The position numbers were made by a program, and so were the translations under genes. A DNA stretch of 64,000 nt, from NCBI GenBank assembly GCA_963823665.1, contig CAWGMQ010000003.1, positions 1,504,001-1,568,000 of the forward strand. Direction: 5' to 3'. How positions within the stretch are numbered: the stretch's first letter is position 1; each line of letters opens with the position of its first letter. This document shows, piece by piece, positions 10,389-23,200 of this stretch. This DNA comes from an uncultured Planctomycetota bacterium (GTDB taxonomy: Bacteria; Planctomycetota; Planctomycetia; Isosphaerales; Isosphaeraceae). Under the pieces are notes generated by a model that worked only from the letters and a program-made list of their open reading frames with translations, searched no databases and was not told the origin of the DNA.

Positions 10389-11144
10389 AGAACCCCGTTC
10401 GACCAGCCTTGACCCTCCTCGGACTGATGCTGCTCGGCGTCGCGTGGGCGCGCCCTGCCTCTGGCCAATCCGAGGCCCCGATCGCGCCCCTGGCACCCGA
10501 GCCGCCCCCCGCGGTGTCAAAGACAGCTTTGCTACGGCCGGGCGAGACCGTCACGCTGCGGGTTCGCCAGGTCATCCCGGTCGATGGGCTGAATCCCGGC
10601 GAGCGGCTCTTGAGTGGGCGCCCCGCGATCATGCCGGGCGACCGCGTGGTCGCCGAGGACGTCCGGCCCGGCGCACCCCCCCGCGCTCATCGGCGGGACG
10701 ATCGTCCACATCGCGCCGCCCAGGCGGTTCGCAAAGCCGGGGCGGGTGACTCTTGAGCTCGGGCAGCTCGCGCAGGCAGCCCCCGGCCGCTCCGAGCTCG
10801 TCCCATGGGTCTTCGACCTCGAGGACCGCCGGTTCAACGTCCAGATGCGGCGGCGGCTGACGCTCGCACTTTTCGCCGCCGAGGGTGTAGGGATCGGAAT
10901 GAGCCTGGGCGCGCAGGCCGGGCCATCGAACCCCGCGTACCTGGGGCTTGGAGCCGGGGTGGGCTTGCTCACCGGCATTGGATACGCCAGCCTCATGCCC
11001 GGGCGCGAGGCCAGCCTGGAACCCGGCGACACGTTCAGGATCACCGTCGGCACGTTGTCCTATCGGCCCCTCGCGCCGTCGCCGCCGCTCTCGCTTCACC
11101 CCGCGCCGGACCCAGCGAAGCGCAGGAAGGAGCACGGCCAATGA
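10385..11144 (+). CDS. Secreted hypothetical protein with VirB10/TrbI-like layout (frameshift in the C-run near 10680)
   Basis: ORF 10385..10756 joins ORF 10614..11144; signal peptide, beta-rich segments, Gly-rich hydrophobic hairpin, terminal GREASLEPGDTFRITV. Confidence 0.6.
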
Positions 11145-11647
11145 GCCGCGCCTGGCCTGTCTACGCCCTGTCCGTGGCGTCCGTGCTGGCGAGCACCGGC
11201 TGCCAGCGCCGGGCCTCCGCCCCCGCCGGCGATCTGCCGCCCGCGTACACCCGGGACAAAATCCTCGACCCGAATCTGGCTGAGGTCGCCAAAGCGTTCG
11301 TGGCCTGGGCCGCTGAGCAGAAGGTGCAGGGCGGGGCCGTATTCGCCAAGGTCGAGATCCTCCCCCCGGCACCGACGATCTTGCCCTACGGCATCGGCAC
11401 ATACCAGAAGCAACTGCGACTGCCCGCGATCATGATCACCGGACCAGGCTGGCGCAACCTCGCTGGTGATGATCGGGAGGCGCTCGCCACGCGCGCGTTC
11501 CAGGAGCTTTCCCGGCTCCTGGAATCGCGTGCCAGCGCCTCGGCCGTTCGCGCAACGGTCACGATCCAGACGCCGCAGGGGTTGGAGCTCTGCTGGATCA
11601 ACGACCTGGAGCCGGGGAGGAAGCTCCTGCATGGAGAGTTCGACTGA
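11141..11647 (+). CDS. Hypothetical lipoprotein
   Basis: ATG overlaps the previous stop; hydrophobic leader ending in lipobox-like STGC. Confidence 0.65.
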   Translation: MSRAWPVYALSVASVLASTGCQRRASAPAGDLPPAYTRDKILDPNLAEVAKAFVAWAAEQKVQGGAVFAKVEILPPAPTILPYGIGTYQKQLRLPAIMITGPGWRNLAGDDREALATRAFQELSRLLESRASASAVRATVTIQTPQGLELCWINDLEPGRKLLHGEFD

Positions 11648-13253
11648 ACCTCGGCACGAGACCGGAATCAAGAAGGCCTCGTTGGCCAACTTGCTGGCGC
11701 TGCGTCCGGCGTTTGCACTGGTCGCGGCCTGGCTGACGACCGCCGGCCACACGGCAAGCTTCCGCGAGATGAACGCCGCCCGCGGTTGGGTGACGGCCGA
11801 AGGCTACACCCTGCACTCGATCTTCCTGCTGGCAATCACCCTGACCTTGGTCGCCGCGCCACGACTCGCGCGCTCGTTCGGCAGCTATCCGCTGGTCGTC
11901 ACCGGGCTCACGATGCTGGCCGGCGGCTCGATCGCCAACGGTGTGCTGCTACACGTACCACGTGAGCTACTCTTGCTCGGCCGCGTGGTCGCCGGAATCG
12001 GCGCGGGGCTGGTGATCCGCTCGGCCCCGCGCATCCTGCCGCCTGGCCAGGAGCGCCACGTCGTCTGGGCGGGCATCGTGCTGCCGGCGGCCGGGCCGGT
12101 CGTCATCGCGCTCGCCGTGGAGTGGTCCCCCTGGTGGTCCTGGCAGGGCGGCTTTCTGTTTGAGCTCGTGCTCGCCACCTTGTCGCTTGCGATCGTGCTC
12201 TCGATCGCCGACCCCGTCGACCTCGACCGGAATTCCCCCGCGGCGCCGGTCGATCGTCTGGACTACCTTCCCGCGGCAGCCGTGGCCGCACTTTCGGTCT
12301 GGTATGTGATGCACTGGGGCCAGCTTCAAGGCTGGCTCGAGGCACCCGACATCACTGCCGCGATCTCAGTCGGTGCAATCGCGCTTTGCGTCCTACTCTG
12401 GATCGTCTGGCCGCGCCTCGATCCGGGCACGCTCCGTGAGGGGCTGCCTCGACTGGGGCTGATCGCCTACGGCGGATTCACCCAGTATTTCAATTCCCTG
12501 GATATGGGCGTTTACGGCGGCTTGCTGGTGAACTTCAGTCCCTGGATGCGCTCGTGGCTGATCCTGTCGCTCCCGGTTGGGTCTGCCGCGGCGCTCGCGC
12601 TCGGCCGGATCATCTGGCAGAAACGGTCGCCCGGCTTCGCCGGTGCCGCGCTCGGATTACTCGTCCTGGCCGCCGGGATGGGCCTTTCTCATCACAACAC
12701 GATGAACTGGCCGTTCTGGAGCCTGCTCAACACGGTCGAATTCAACTGGTTCGCCGCCCCCCAGCACTGGGAGCTCGCTCTGCCGCGGTTCTTGATGGGC
12801 TTTGGCAGCGGGATGGTACTCCTGGCGATGACGACTCGCACCAGTCAAGAACCACAGCGCGAGGCACGAATCCGGCCTTTCCTCCAGGTCGCGCAGTTCG
12901 CGGGCGGTACGCTCAGTGTCGGCGTTCTCGTGACGGTGCTCCTGGCGGAGCACCAAGTCCAGTACTCCTACGTCGCTGACCGGGGTTTCATCCAGGCGGT
13001 CGAGCGCGGCGATCGGAACTCACGGGTCGCCGCCCACCTGTTAAACCCCGGCACAGGCGCGGTCCAGCGACGGGCCGAAGCGCTGGAATTCCAGGCCGTC
13101 AACTACGAAGCTGACAACCTCGTCTTCGCGACCATCTACGGAGGATTCCTGGTTGTCTCGTTGGTGCTGGCCGTCGTTTGCGGCGTCTATTCACTGCTGC
13201 GGTACCTCTCGCCGCCGTCGTCTTCGTCTTCGCCTGCCGTAGCCCGCTTTTGA
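11631..13253 (+). CDS. Divergent MFS transporter (EmrB/DHA2-like)
   Basis: About 13-14 hydrophobic segments, motif LLLGRVVAGIGAG, and a large loop before the last TM as in EmrB. Confidence 0.75.
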   Translation: MESSTEPRHETGIKKASLANLLALRPAFALVAAWLTTAGHTASFREMNAARGWVTAEGYTLHSIFLLAITLTLVAAPRLARSFGSYPLVVTGLTMLAGGSIANGVLLHVPRELLLLGRVVAGIGAGLVIRSAPRILPPGQERHVVWAGIVLPAAGPVVIALAVEWSPWWSWQGGFLFELVLATLSLAIVLSIADPVDLDRNSPAAPVDRLDYLPAAAVAALSVWYVMHWGQLQGWLEAPDITAAISVGAIALCVLLWIVWPRLDPGTLREGLPRLGLIAYGGFTQYFNSLDMGVYGGLLVNFSPWMRSWLILSLPVGSAAALALGRIIWQKRSPGFAGAALGLLVLAAGMGLSHHNTMNWPFWSLLNTVEFNWFAAPQHWELALPRFLMGFGSGMVLLAMTTRTSQEPQREARIRPFLQVAQFAGGTLSVGVLVTVLLAEHQVQYSYVADRGFIQAVERGDRNSRVAAHLLNPGTGAVQRRAEALEFQAVNYEADNLVFATIYGGFLVVSLVLAVVCGVYSLLRYLSPPSSSSSPAVARF

Positions 13254-13522
13254 CTCATTACTTTCACCTTGGAAGATTTTGACCGTGACTTTCGCCTCAA
13301 GCACGGCCTCCCACTTCGGTCATGAGCTACCATATTCAATGTGTAAGAGGGCCTGGTGAGAGGTCCGTGACGCCAGAGGATATAAAGAAGTAAAACCAGA
13401 TCTTCCGGATTCGCCGGTGGGCGCTGTAGTCAGCCGAGTGACTCGAAACTCGGGCGGCACCGCTTACGGGCAGCCATCCACTCGTCATGGATGGCTGCTC
13501 GGGCGCGATGTGCTCACCCCCC

Positions 13523-15995
<2,473 letters not shown>

Positions 15996-16009
15996 TCAGC
16001 GGCGTTGCC

Positions 16010-16238
16010 TCAAGCAACCTCCACCGCTGCGTACACCTTCCCTGTCTTCGTCAACCACGCGACGTCACCCCGCTCGGCGTGCTCCTTGACGTCTCGGAGG
16101 AGCTGAATCGTTTCCGATTCGTAGCACGGCTCGCTCGGGTCGTCGATTGGGACAACCAGCTCGACATCCACCGCCACGACATACTTCTCGGTTTGAATCA
16201 GTCGTATCCGGGTGATCCGTTGCCCCCGGAATGCGCAT
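16010..16238 (-). CDS. Small hypothetical protein of about 75 aa (one extra G near 16225)
   Basis: Correcting a G-run gives MRIPGQRITRIRLIQTEKYVVAVDVELVVPIDDPSEPCYESETIQLLRDVKEHAERGDVAWLTKTGKVYAAVEVA*. Not in the ORF track. Confidence 0.55.
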
Positions 16239-17148
16239 GTTTACCCTTTGTCGAAGATGCGGACGGTCACCAGGTCGGCCCCCCCCGAGTGCTCAATTTT
16301 GGCTGGCCAACCTCGAGGAGTAGGCATCTCATTGGTACACCAAGTTTAACTGGACGCAAGAGTGCTGATCGTGCGAACATTTGTCCGCGCTAAAGCATCA
16401 AAGTCCTTTGGAAGAAAAGCGCTAGTCAAGTCGATCCGATTCAGTCAGAACGAGTGCCTGGCTATCATTTACCACTTGTGGCGATATCATGAAGCGAGGA
16501 AACCCGCAATCCGGCCCAAAGCACCGAGAACCCCAGTGTCTGTCGTCATTCCGGCCAAAACACTTCGAGACGCCGGGTTGACCGAGCGTGAGGCTCTAAG
16601 CGCGGATCACCCGGTATTTGGATCAACCAAACACAAACAACAGGAATGACGTGCACCCGTGATGCCACTCGGGGGGTGCATTGCCAGCAAACCACCTCAA
16701 ATCGTTCTTTGGGACCGCCCGACGGTCGCCGCACTTCTAAGGGTCCCACCCGCGCCGACCTCGACGGATGCCCCGCGCGAGCAAGGTCGTGCATCCGGTT
16801 GCTTTCGTTGCGAGCAGATGATAACATCGCCCCCGTTGGCAACATATATCGCTGTCTCCGTCGAGGTGGCCTCATATCCGCACAGTGGGCTGTGGGGATT
16901 TGGAGTGCGCATCGGGTGCGATCATAACCAAGCGATTGAGTAGACTAAGTGGTCTGTGTCGACATGCAAAGAATGCCCTTTAGCGTATCGCATCCAACCG
17001 CTGCCGATCGACGTGGGGGCCAGCCAGATCACGGTTAGACTCGTCATGCTCCGCGAGGATCTCAATCCCGGCTTCTTCGATCGCCCCTTGTCCCCGATCT
17101 CGCAGAAACTCGAGCCGACCGCATTCACGATCAACCTTCTGGCAAGCC

Positions 17149-18075
17149 ATGGCTAAGAAGAACGCCTCTCCTCCAAAACAACTTCCGACGGTTTTTATAG
17201 GCTCGTCGGTGGAGGGCTTGAAGATCGCCCAAGCCATCAGTGCCAACCTGGAGCACGTGGCGAAAGCGGACATCTGGTCGAACGCATTCGATCTGTCCCT
17301 CACGACGGTGGAATCGCTCGAGAAGGCCGCGGCGGAGCATCGATTCGCCATATTCGTTTTGACGGCGGACGACGAGATCAAATATCGTGGAGCGAAGCTC
17401 AGGGCCGCTCGCGCCAACGTTCTCTGGGAGCACGGCTTTTTCTCTGGCAAGAACGGCCGCAACAGCACGTTCATCGTCATGCCGAGGGGTCTGCCGGACT
17501 TCAAGCTTCCAACCGACCTCCTCGGGATAACGACCGCTACGTACGACCCAGAGCGGCTGGGCGAAGACCCGCGATCCGCGCTGCAGACAGCCTGTTACGA
17601 GATCACGCTGGTGATCGAGAAGGTGAGTCAGACATCACAAAGCGCCAATGAACGCATTGTCGGCTCGAAGGATGAAAATCGCGCGTTCGCGTTGATCTAT
17701 CCGTCGCTTCAACAATCCCAGAGAGACTTGAACCGGCTCGCCGCATTGATTCCTGCGATGACTTCTGGAATAGACACAAAGGCGATTATTCACTCCTTAC
17801 AAGAGCAAGCACTTGCAACTCGACAATCGTTGAATGACGTAAAGGTCCACCTGGCCGCCGCCAAGGAAGATTTGCCAAAATCCATGAACGATGCGGCGAC
17901 CCGTTTTCTAAATGCCGGAATAGGTTACCTGCATTCTGTTGCAATCAATTATGGCAACGAGACGCGCACCGCGGAAGAGATTGGTGAGGAACAACGCATA
18001 AAGGCATCGGAGCTGGTGAAGGCCATAGAGGCCTTGGAAAAGCAGTCAAACAAGCAGATCGAAGGCCCCAAATGA
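17149..18075 (+). CDS. TIR-domain protein (CAP12/Pycsar-type TIR) with an unknown helical C-terminal domain
   Basis: VFIGSSVEGL, FAIFVLTADD, ARANVLWEHGFFSG and FKLPTDLLGIT match the PF10137-type TIR pattern. Confidence 0.85.
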   Translation: MAKKNASPPKQLPTVFIGSSVEGLKIAQAISANLEHVAKADIWSNAFDLSLTTVESLEKAAAEHRFAIFVLTADDEIKYRGAKLRAARANVLWEHGFFSGKNGRNSTFIVMPRGLPDFKLPTDLLGITTATYDPERLGEDPRSALQTACYEITLVIEKVSQTSQSANERIVGSKDENRAFALIYPSLQQSQRDLNRLAALIPAMTSGIDTKAIIHSLQEQALATRQSLNDVKVHLAAAKEDLPKSMNDAATRFLNAGIGYLHSVAINYGNETRTAEEIGEEQRIKASELVKAIEALEKQSNKQIEGPK

Positions 18076-18288
18076 AGAAATGCAATGATTGGCCAGACAC
18101 CAAGAATTGAGCTTTTGCGGTAGCCGGCCGGATTCCGTCAGCGTGATCGCCGAACGGAACCTTGCCCAGTTAGCGCCGATCGCGTCACCTGACTGCATGG
18201 CCGTTCGATAACCCACTGGTTTGGGTGGCACTCGCGCGGCCAGTGTTGCGCGACGGTTGGGCCGGGGTCCTGGAATCGCCAAAATCAT

Positions 18289-20592
18289 TTAACGCCGCTC
18301 CCCTTTAACCACCTCCACCGCCCTCTCGAGCAGCTCATCCCGCCCCCGCGCCACCCCCTCCACCGTCCTCGACACCGGCACCGTCGGTTGAATCCCGATC
18401 CCATGATGCCGCGAGCCGTCGTGCTTGAGCACCTTCATCCCCGTCCAGATCAAGCGGTAGCCGCCGGGCAGCGCCACCGGATTGATATTGCCGTTGGTCC
18501 CTGCCGTCGGCCCACCCACGATCGCTCCCAGCTTCTCGTGCTCGATGATCCCCATGCACGACTCGGCATAGCTGATCGCCCGGCCGTCCGTGATAAACGC
18601 CCGCTTCGCCTTGAAGTAAGGACCCCTGGGCGAGATCTGCCACTCGCCTTGCCGGCGGAAGGTCAGGTCCGTCTGATCGGGATACGTGAAGACAGGAAAA
18701 TTCCACTGCTGGCTCGTGACCTGGTGATCGACGAGATGAGGGAAAAACGCAAACGGACTAAGCCTGCTGGGATAGCCGCGAAAGTCGAACACAATTCCTT
18801 TGCCCTTCTCCAGGCGCGGTAAGGCTTCGGTGAAATCGCGGTCGTCGATCCGGCCCACGTCAACGTAAAAAATTCCCGGCTCGATCTCGTGAATCTTGGG
18901 CGGCCGCGGCTCGGCCAGCCGCTCGTTTCCCTGCGTTCGTGAAACGCGCACCGTACGAACCCGCCCCTCGCCGTCTTCGACCTCCAGCGAAACCTCGCGT
19001 GCCTCCTCGCCCGCGAGCAGCTCCGCCAGCCCCCGATAGCGCCGCCATTGCTCGGTCGCACCGGAAATGGCACGCTCCGCCTCGGCCAGTGCATCTGCCG
19101 CCGGCCGCCCATCGATCGCCACCACGACCGTCCCCGCCTTGAGGCTCTTCGCCTCGCTCGGCGCGTCTTCGGCGACGTGCGTGATCACCAATCGCCCCTG
19201 CACCCAATCCCACACCAAAGGCAGGGTCAACCTTGACGCGCCAGGTGCGTTGGCAATGACTACGTTCCCGTGCCCGTCGTGCAGGGCGGCGATCATCAGG
19301 CGCAGCGTGCGCAGAAACGCCCGCTCGTCAGCATCAACGGCCGCAGCCGCGAGGGCCTCGCGTAGCGCCGCCGGCCAATCCGTCTGGACGACGTCAAAAT
19401 AAGGATAGAAGTGCTGGAGAATGTTCCACGCCAGCGCCACCGCCGCCAGACGAGTTGCGCGGTCCTCGGCCGAGAGGCGCGCCTGCCGCCCCGGCTTCTC
19501 CGGCTTCTTTCCCAAGGGCAACGTGCCTTGCTCGTCGGCGTAGAGCGCCACCGGAACGAAGCAGCACACCCCGCCGCCCAGATCGGCGAAATAAGGCTTC
19601 GCGGGGTCAGGCCGGCCCGCGGGCAGCTTCCCGTCTTCGAGTTTCGTTCGAACGCGCTGGCTCTGGTAGGCCGAGACCATTCCCGAGACCAAACCGGTCC
19701 CGCCGTATCCGAGATGCTCCCATGCCACGACGCGGAAGCCCTCTCCTCTCGGACGGGTGGTCAACTCCTCAGGCACCGGCGGGACCATGCCCGACACGAA
19801 GACGCGCACCGTCGGCGCAACCGGGCGGACAAATTCCTGGAGCCGCCGCGCCAGCTCCTCGGGACTGCCCGCCGACTCGACCGCGCGCATCCCCTCCACG
19901 GCGAGCCGATCCCAGTCGGCCTCGGCAGCCTGGTCGCTCGGGTGGAAGTGACGCACATAGCCCAGCAGCCGTGTAAACGCCACCAGGTTCTGCAACCCCC
20001 GCCCTGCGAGAGGCCGCGCCGGCTCCGCGGTCGCGGTGGGCGCGTCGCCAAGAGCCTTCAGCGAAACATCGTCGATCCAGGCCGGAGCTGACCCAGAAAC
20101 GATCAACCCCAGCACAATCAACTCGGCGTCCTTGGCCACATCCCCCACGATCTCAAAATCGCCCCACGTCTTGCCTCGAATCGGCCGGTCGCCCATGTTG
20201 TCAAAGAAACCCGGTCGCCCCCCGGCGCGATCCACCCGCAGCCAGAGCTGCGCCTGGTCGAGCGGACCCGCGGCATCGATCCGCACCGCCGCCTTGAAAC
20301 GGATCATCTTCCCCCGGTAAGGCGCCGCGTCGAACTGTTGCAGCAAGACCTGGAATCGCGGCGGGTTCTCCACTCGCTCGCCGAGCCCGACCCGAACGCA
20401 ATGCTTCCCCCGCCTGGGGTTGTCGGCCGAGACGGTCGCCGTCCCGCCCTTCGTCGTGAGCATCCATCCGGCGGGCGCCGCGCCGACGTCGCCCTCCTCG
20501 AAATCCGCGTTTTTCAAGCCCGAGTCATCCCGACCACCCGCGGACCCCAGCAACAGACAGGAGACCATCCCGATACCGAGCGCAATGTGCAT
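18289..20592 (-). CDS. Secreted S41-family peptidase with an N-terminal carbohydrate-binding-like domain and a PDZ-like region
   Basis: LHDGHG, IVFDFRGYP, AISYAE (catalytic Ser), GGPTAGTNG, HGIGIQP. Confidence 0.88.
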   Translation of the reverse strand: MHIALGIGMVSCLLLGSAGGRDDSGLKNADFEEGDVGAAPAGWMLTTKGGTATVSADNPRRGKHCVRVGLGERVENPPRFQVLLQQFDAAPYRGKMIRFKAAVRIDAAGPLDQAQLWLRVDRAGGRPGFFDNMGDRPIRGKTWGDFEIVGDVAKDAELIVLGLIVSGSAPAWIDDVSLKALGDAPTATAEPARPLAGRGLQNLVAFTRLLGYVRHFHPSDQAAEADWDRLAVEGMRAVESAGSPEELARRLQEFVRPVAPTVRVFVSGMVPPVPEELTTRPRGEGFRVVAWEHLGYGGTGLVSGMVSAYQSQRVRTKLEDGKLPAGRPDPAKPYFADLGGGVCCFVPVALYADEQGTLPLGKKPEKPGRQARLSAEDRATRLAAVALAWNILQHFYPYFDVVQTDWPAALREALAAAAVDADERAFLRTLRLMIAALHDGHGNVVIANAPGASRLTLPLVWDWVQGRLVITHVAEDAPSEAKSLKAGTVVVAIDGRPAADALAEAERAISGATEQWRRYRGLAELLAGEEAREVSLEVEDGEGRVRTVRVSRTQGNERLAEPRPPKIHEIEPGIFYVDVGRIDDRDFTEALPRLEKGKGIVFDFRGYPSRLSPFAFFPHLVDHQVTSQQWNFPVFTYPDQTDLTFRRQGEWQISPRGPYFKAKRAFITDGRAISYAESCMGIIEHEKLGAIVGGPTAGTNGNINPVALPGGYRLIWTGMKVLKHDGSRHHGIGIQPTVPVSRTVEGVARGRDELLERAVEVVKGERR

Positions 20593-20865
20593 GGCTCACA
20601 GCTCCCAACGTAACAAGCCGGCTTTGCTCCGGATGCATTCCGACCGATAGCTCGGTGCCCATGATACCATCCGAGCGAGCGTTGCGACCCTTGTATCGGG
20701 AGCGCGAGGCTCCCGCCGAGCCGCGAAGGCGTTGACCATCAATCAGGCGCTCCATGCCGCCCCCAGCTCGGGTGCGAATTTCCGCCTTCACGACTCGGCT
20801 CTCGACCTGTATTCTCTTTCCCCTGCCGGACCCGGTCCATTCTCTGTCCTCCGCGAGCTCCCACG

Positions 20866-21420
20866 ATGACACCGAGCAACCCCCGAAGACGAACGGTGCG
20901 TAACGACCTGTTCGACTGTCTCGAAGATCGAGTGCTCTTGAATGGCGCGGAGTCTCGAGCGCCGGCGGCCGAAGTTCGCAAATTGCCTGCAACCGCGACC
21001 ACTCCGAAAACGCTGCACTTGAAGCTCAAGGGCAATGTTCAGCTCATCAATATGTCACCGACAACGTACGAGATGTCCCTGACCGGAAATGCCAAGGGCC
21101 TGGGCCATCTTCAGTTCGCTGGAACGTACGTCGCCGGGGCGCCGACGATCACAAACGGGCATGAGGTCATCCAGATCTCACAAGGAAACACCAGCCTGAC
21201 CGACTCGAGGGGCGGCTTGTTGTACTTCGCCTTCAGTGGCAATACGGTCTACTGCGGCCGCGCAGGCCATTACACGGCGACAGATAAATTGAGCGGCAAG
21301 GTCACGGGCGGAGCCGGCCAGTTCGCCGGCATGACGGGAACCATGCAAGCCACCGGCGCCGCGAAGGAGCACGCACAGTTTCAGCTCACCCTGACTGTTC
21401 GATTGCAGCCGTTGTCGTGA
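20866..21420 (+). CDS. Planctomycete extracellular protein with LEPR-XLL-type N-terminal motif
   Basis: RRR...DCLEDRVLL followed by a Gly/Thr-rich beta domain. Confidence 0.65.
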   Translation: MTPSNPRRRTVRNDLFDCLEDRVLLNGAESRAPAAEVRKLPATATTPKTLHLKLKGNVQLINMSPTTYEMSLTGNAKGLGHLQFAGTYVAGAPTITNGHEVIQISQGNTSLTDSRGGLLYFAFSGNTVYCGRAGHYTATDKLSGKVTGGAGQFAGMTGTMQATGAAKEHAQFQLTLTVRLQPLS

Positions 21421-21448
21421 GTGATGTGTGTGCTCACATGTTTCCTCA

Positions 21449-22318
21449 TTACGACTCTGCACCCTGTCCAGCACACGCCGACTTCGGCTCGCCGGTCTGC
21501 TGCGGGAACAACCCATACACAATTGACTTGATCCTCGCCCCCAGCGCATCGACTTCGGCTTTGGGCAATCCCCACGTCGACAGCGCCAGATACAGAAACG
21601 ATCCGCTACCGGGAACGGTCGCCATTTCGATATTCAGAATCGATTTGTTCAGGCTTTCCACGAGCGCCGTGAACGTCTTCCCCGGGACGTAGCCTCGCAC
21701 CTCGCCCGCAAGAGCGTCTCCGCCGGCGGTGACGAATCGGAAGGGAGCCCCGATCGACAGGTCATCCAGCCGGCCTTCCTTCACGAGCCCCTCCGGGCTC
21801 ATCAACTTCTTCCAAGCCTCCGCCGTTGAGACAGCAAGCATCGCGTAGACCACGACGTTATGCGCCGCCTCGCCGCAATGGTGCTCCAGGTAGTGCTTGA
21901 GCGTCCTGTGGAACATGTCCCAGCCGTGGAACGTGCCGTCGTATTCGTGATCCCAGCTCGGCCCTTCGCCGAATCCCGAGGCAACCATCCGCACCCGGGT
22001 GATTCCGCCCTCACTTTCGAGGTACCAGTCCGTGGCATAAGGCTCGGCCGGTTCGCCGGAGCCGGGCTGCGCGAGCTCGGGCCGATTGGACTCGGTGCGT
22101 AAATGCACGTTCGGCTTCCAGATGACGATCGTGTGCGAGCCCTTGGCGCCACCGCCCCAGTCAACGTGCTGCTGGCCGCCGACACCGCTCTCGCAGGTCG
22201 CGTCCAAGCAGAACCACCGGGTGAGCTCCTCGCCCTCGGTGATGGCCTTCCAGACCACTTCCGGCGGCGCGGCGACTTCGAACTTCTTTTCGTAAGAACG
22301 GCCCTTCTTCGCGCTCAT
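21449..22318 (-). CDS. SRPBCC/AHSA1-domain protein (two domains)
   Basis: APPEVVWKAITEGEELTRWF and GWDMFHRTLKHYLE motifs. Confidence 0.85.
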   Translation of the reverse strand: MSAKKGRSYEKKFEVAAPPEVVWKAITEGEELTRWFCLDATCESGVGGQQHVDWGGGAKGSHTIVIWKPNVHLRTESNRPELAQPGSGEPAEPYATDWYLESEGGITRVRMVASGFGEGPSWDHEYDGTFHGWDMFHRTLKHYLEHHCGEAAHNVVVYAMLAVSTAEAWKKLMSPEGLVKEGRLDDLSIGAPFRFVTAGGDALAGEVRGYVPGKTFTALVESLNKSILNIEMATVPGSGSFLYLALSTWGLPKAEVDALGARIKSIVYGLFPQQTGEPKSACAGQGAES

Positions 22319-22965
22319 GGTCGAGGCTCCTCGATTGGAAGCGAGGCAACCTCTGCGGCCGCCTCTTTATCGGTCTTTGTGATCGCCGGGTACGCACCCA
22401 GCACAAATCGGAACAAACGCCCCTGCGGCGCCCGTTCGTCGTGATAACGAACGGCCAGCTCCGCCACCTTTTCGGCCAGCTCGCGAGTAAATGCATCGCG
22501 GGCACTGGCGCTCGCAAACCGCACCTCAGTTTCCAGCGTGAACGTGGCCAGCCGCTTGGCAGCGCGATCAGCGCGGCCGCGCAGAATGCCCAGGTCGCGA
22601 ACAACCCGCGCCGCGGCCGCGACCAGATACGCCCAGGAAAACCGGTCCTGCAACCGCTTCGGGTCAGGCTCAACGGCCCCCATGACCTCGGGGCTGATCA
22701 AAAACGCCGATGCCGCCGCACGCACCAGACGCTCCTTCAATCCCGCCCGCGGACGCTCGGCGACGAACTGCAAGAGCCCCGCCGCCTCGAGAGCCTTCAG
22801 ATGGTAGTTGAGCACCTGCCGCGGCACGCCCAGCCGCCGCGAAAGCCCCGAAGCCGAATCCGGCTCCATCAACTGCTCGAGCAGCTTGAGCCGCAACGGA
22901 TGACTGAACAAGCTCGCCGCTTGGTCTGCTCGCCGCAACACATCAACCTCAATCGCCGCTGGCAT
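22315..22965 (-). CDS. ArsR-like winged HTH transcriptional regulator
   Basis: HPLRLKLLEQL...SASGLSRRLG..RQVLNYHLKALE; coupled to the SRPBCC gene. Confidence 0.85.
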   Translation of the reverse strand: MPAAIEVDVLRRADQAASLFSHPLRLKLLEQLMEPDSASGLSRRLGVPRQVLNYHLKALEAAGLLQFVAERPRAGLKERLVRAAASAFLISPEVMGAVEPDPKRLQDRFSWAYLVAAAARVVRDLGILRGRADRAAKRLATFTLETEVRFASASARDAFTRELAEKVAELAVRYHDERAPQGRLFRFVLGAYPAITKTDKEAAAEVASLPIEEPRP

Positions 22966-23056
22966 CGAATGGAGTTCCTCTCCGTGACCGAATGGCGAAG
23001 AACCGCGATGGCATACCAGTGCGCACCGCCAGTTGAATCACGCGTGAGAGTCTGCC

Positions 23057-23078
23057 ATTGAAAAATAAATTTGTCAAT
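23057..23078 (-). promoter_or_regulatory. AT-rich imperfect palindrome containing TTGACA; candidate operator/-35 of the HTH-SRPBCC operon
   Basis: ATTGAAAAATAAATTTGTCAAT is 18/22 self-complementary and lies about 90 bp upstream of the regulator. Confidence 0.55.
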
Positions 23079-23200
23079 AGGCCGGCGCAAGAAATTGCGA
23101 TTGTCGTGAATCTCCCTCAGGAGATCGTTTCGATCTCGAGCGATATAATGGATTACATCGAACGAATGAGAGCGGTCCACTCGCTAGACCAGAGGCCGAC

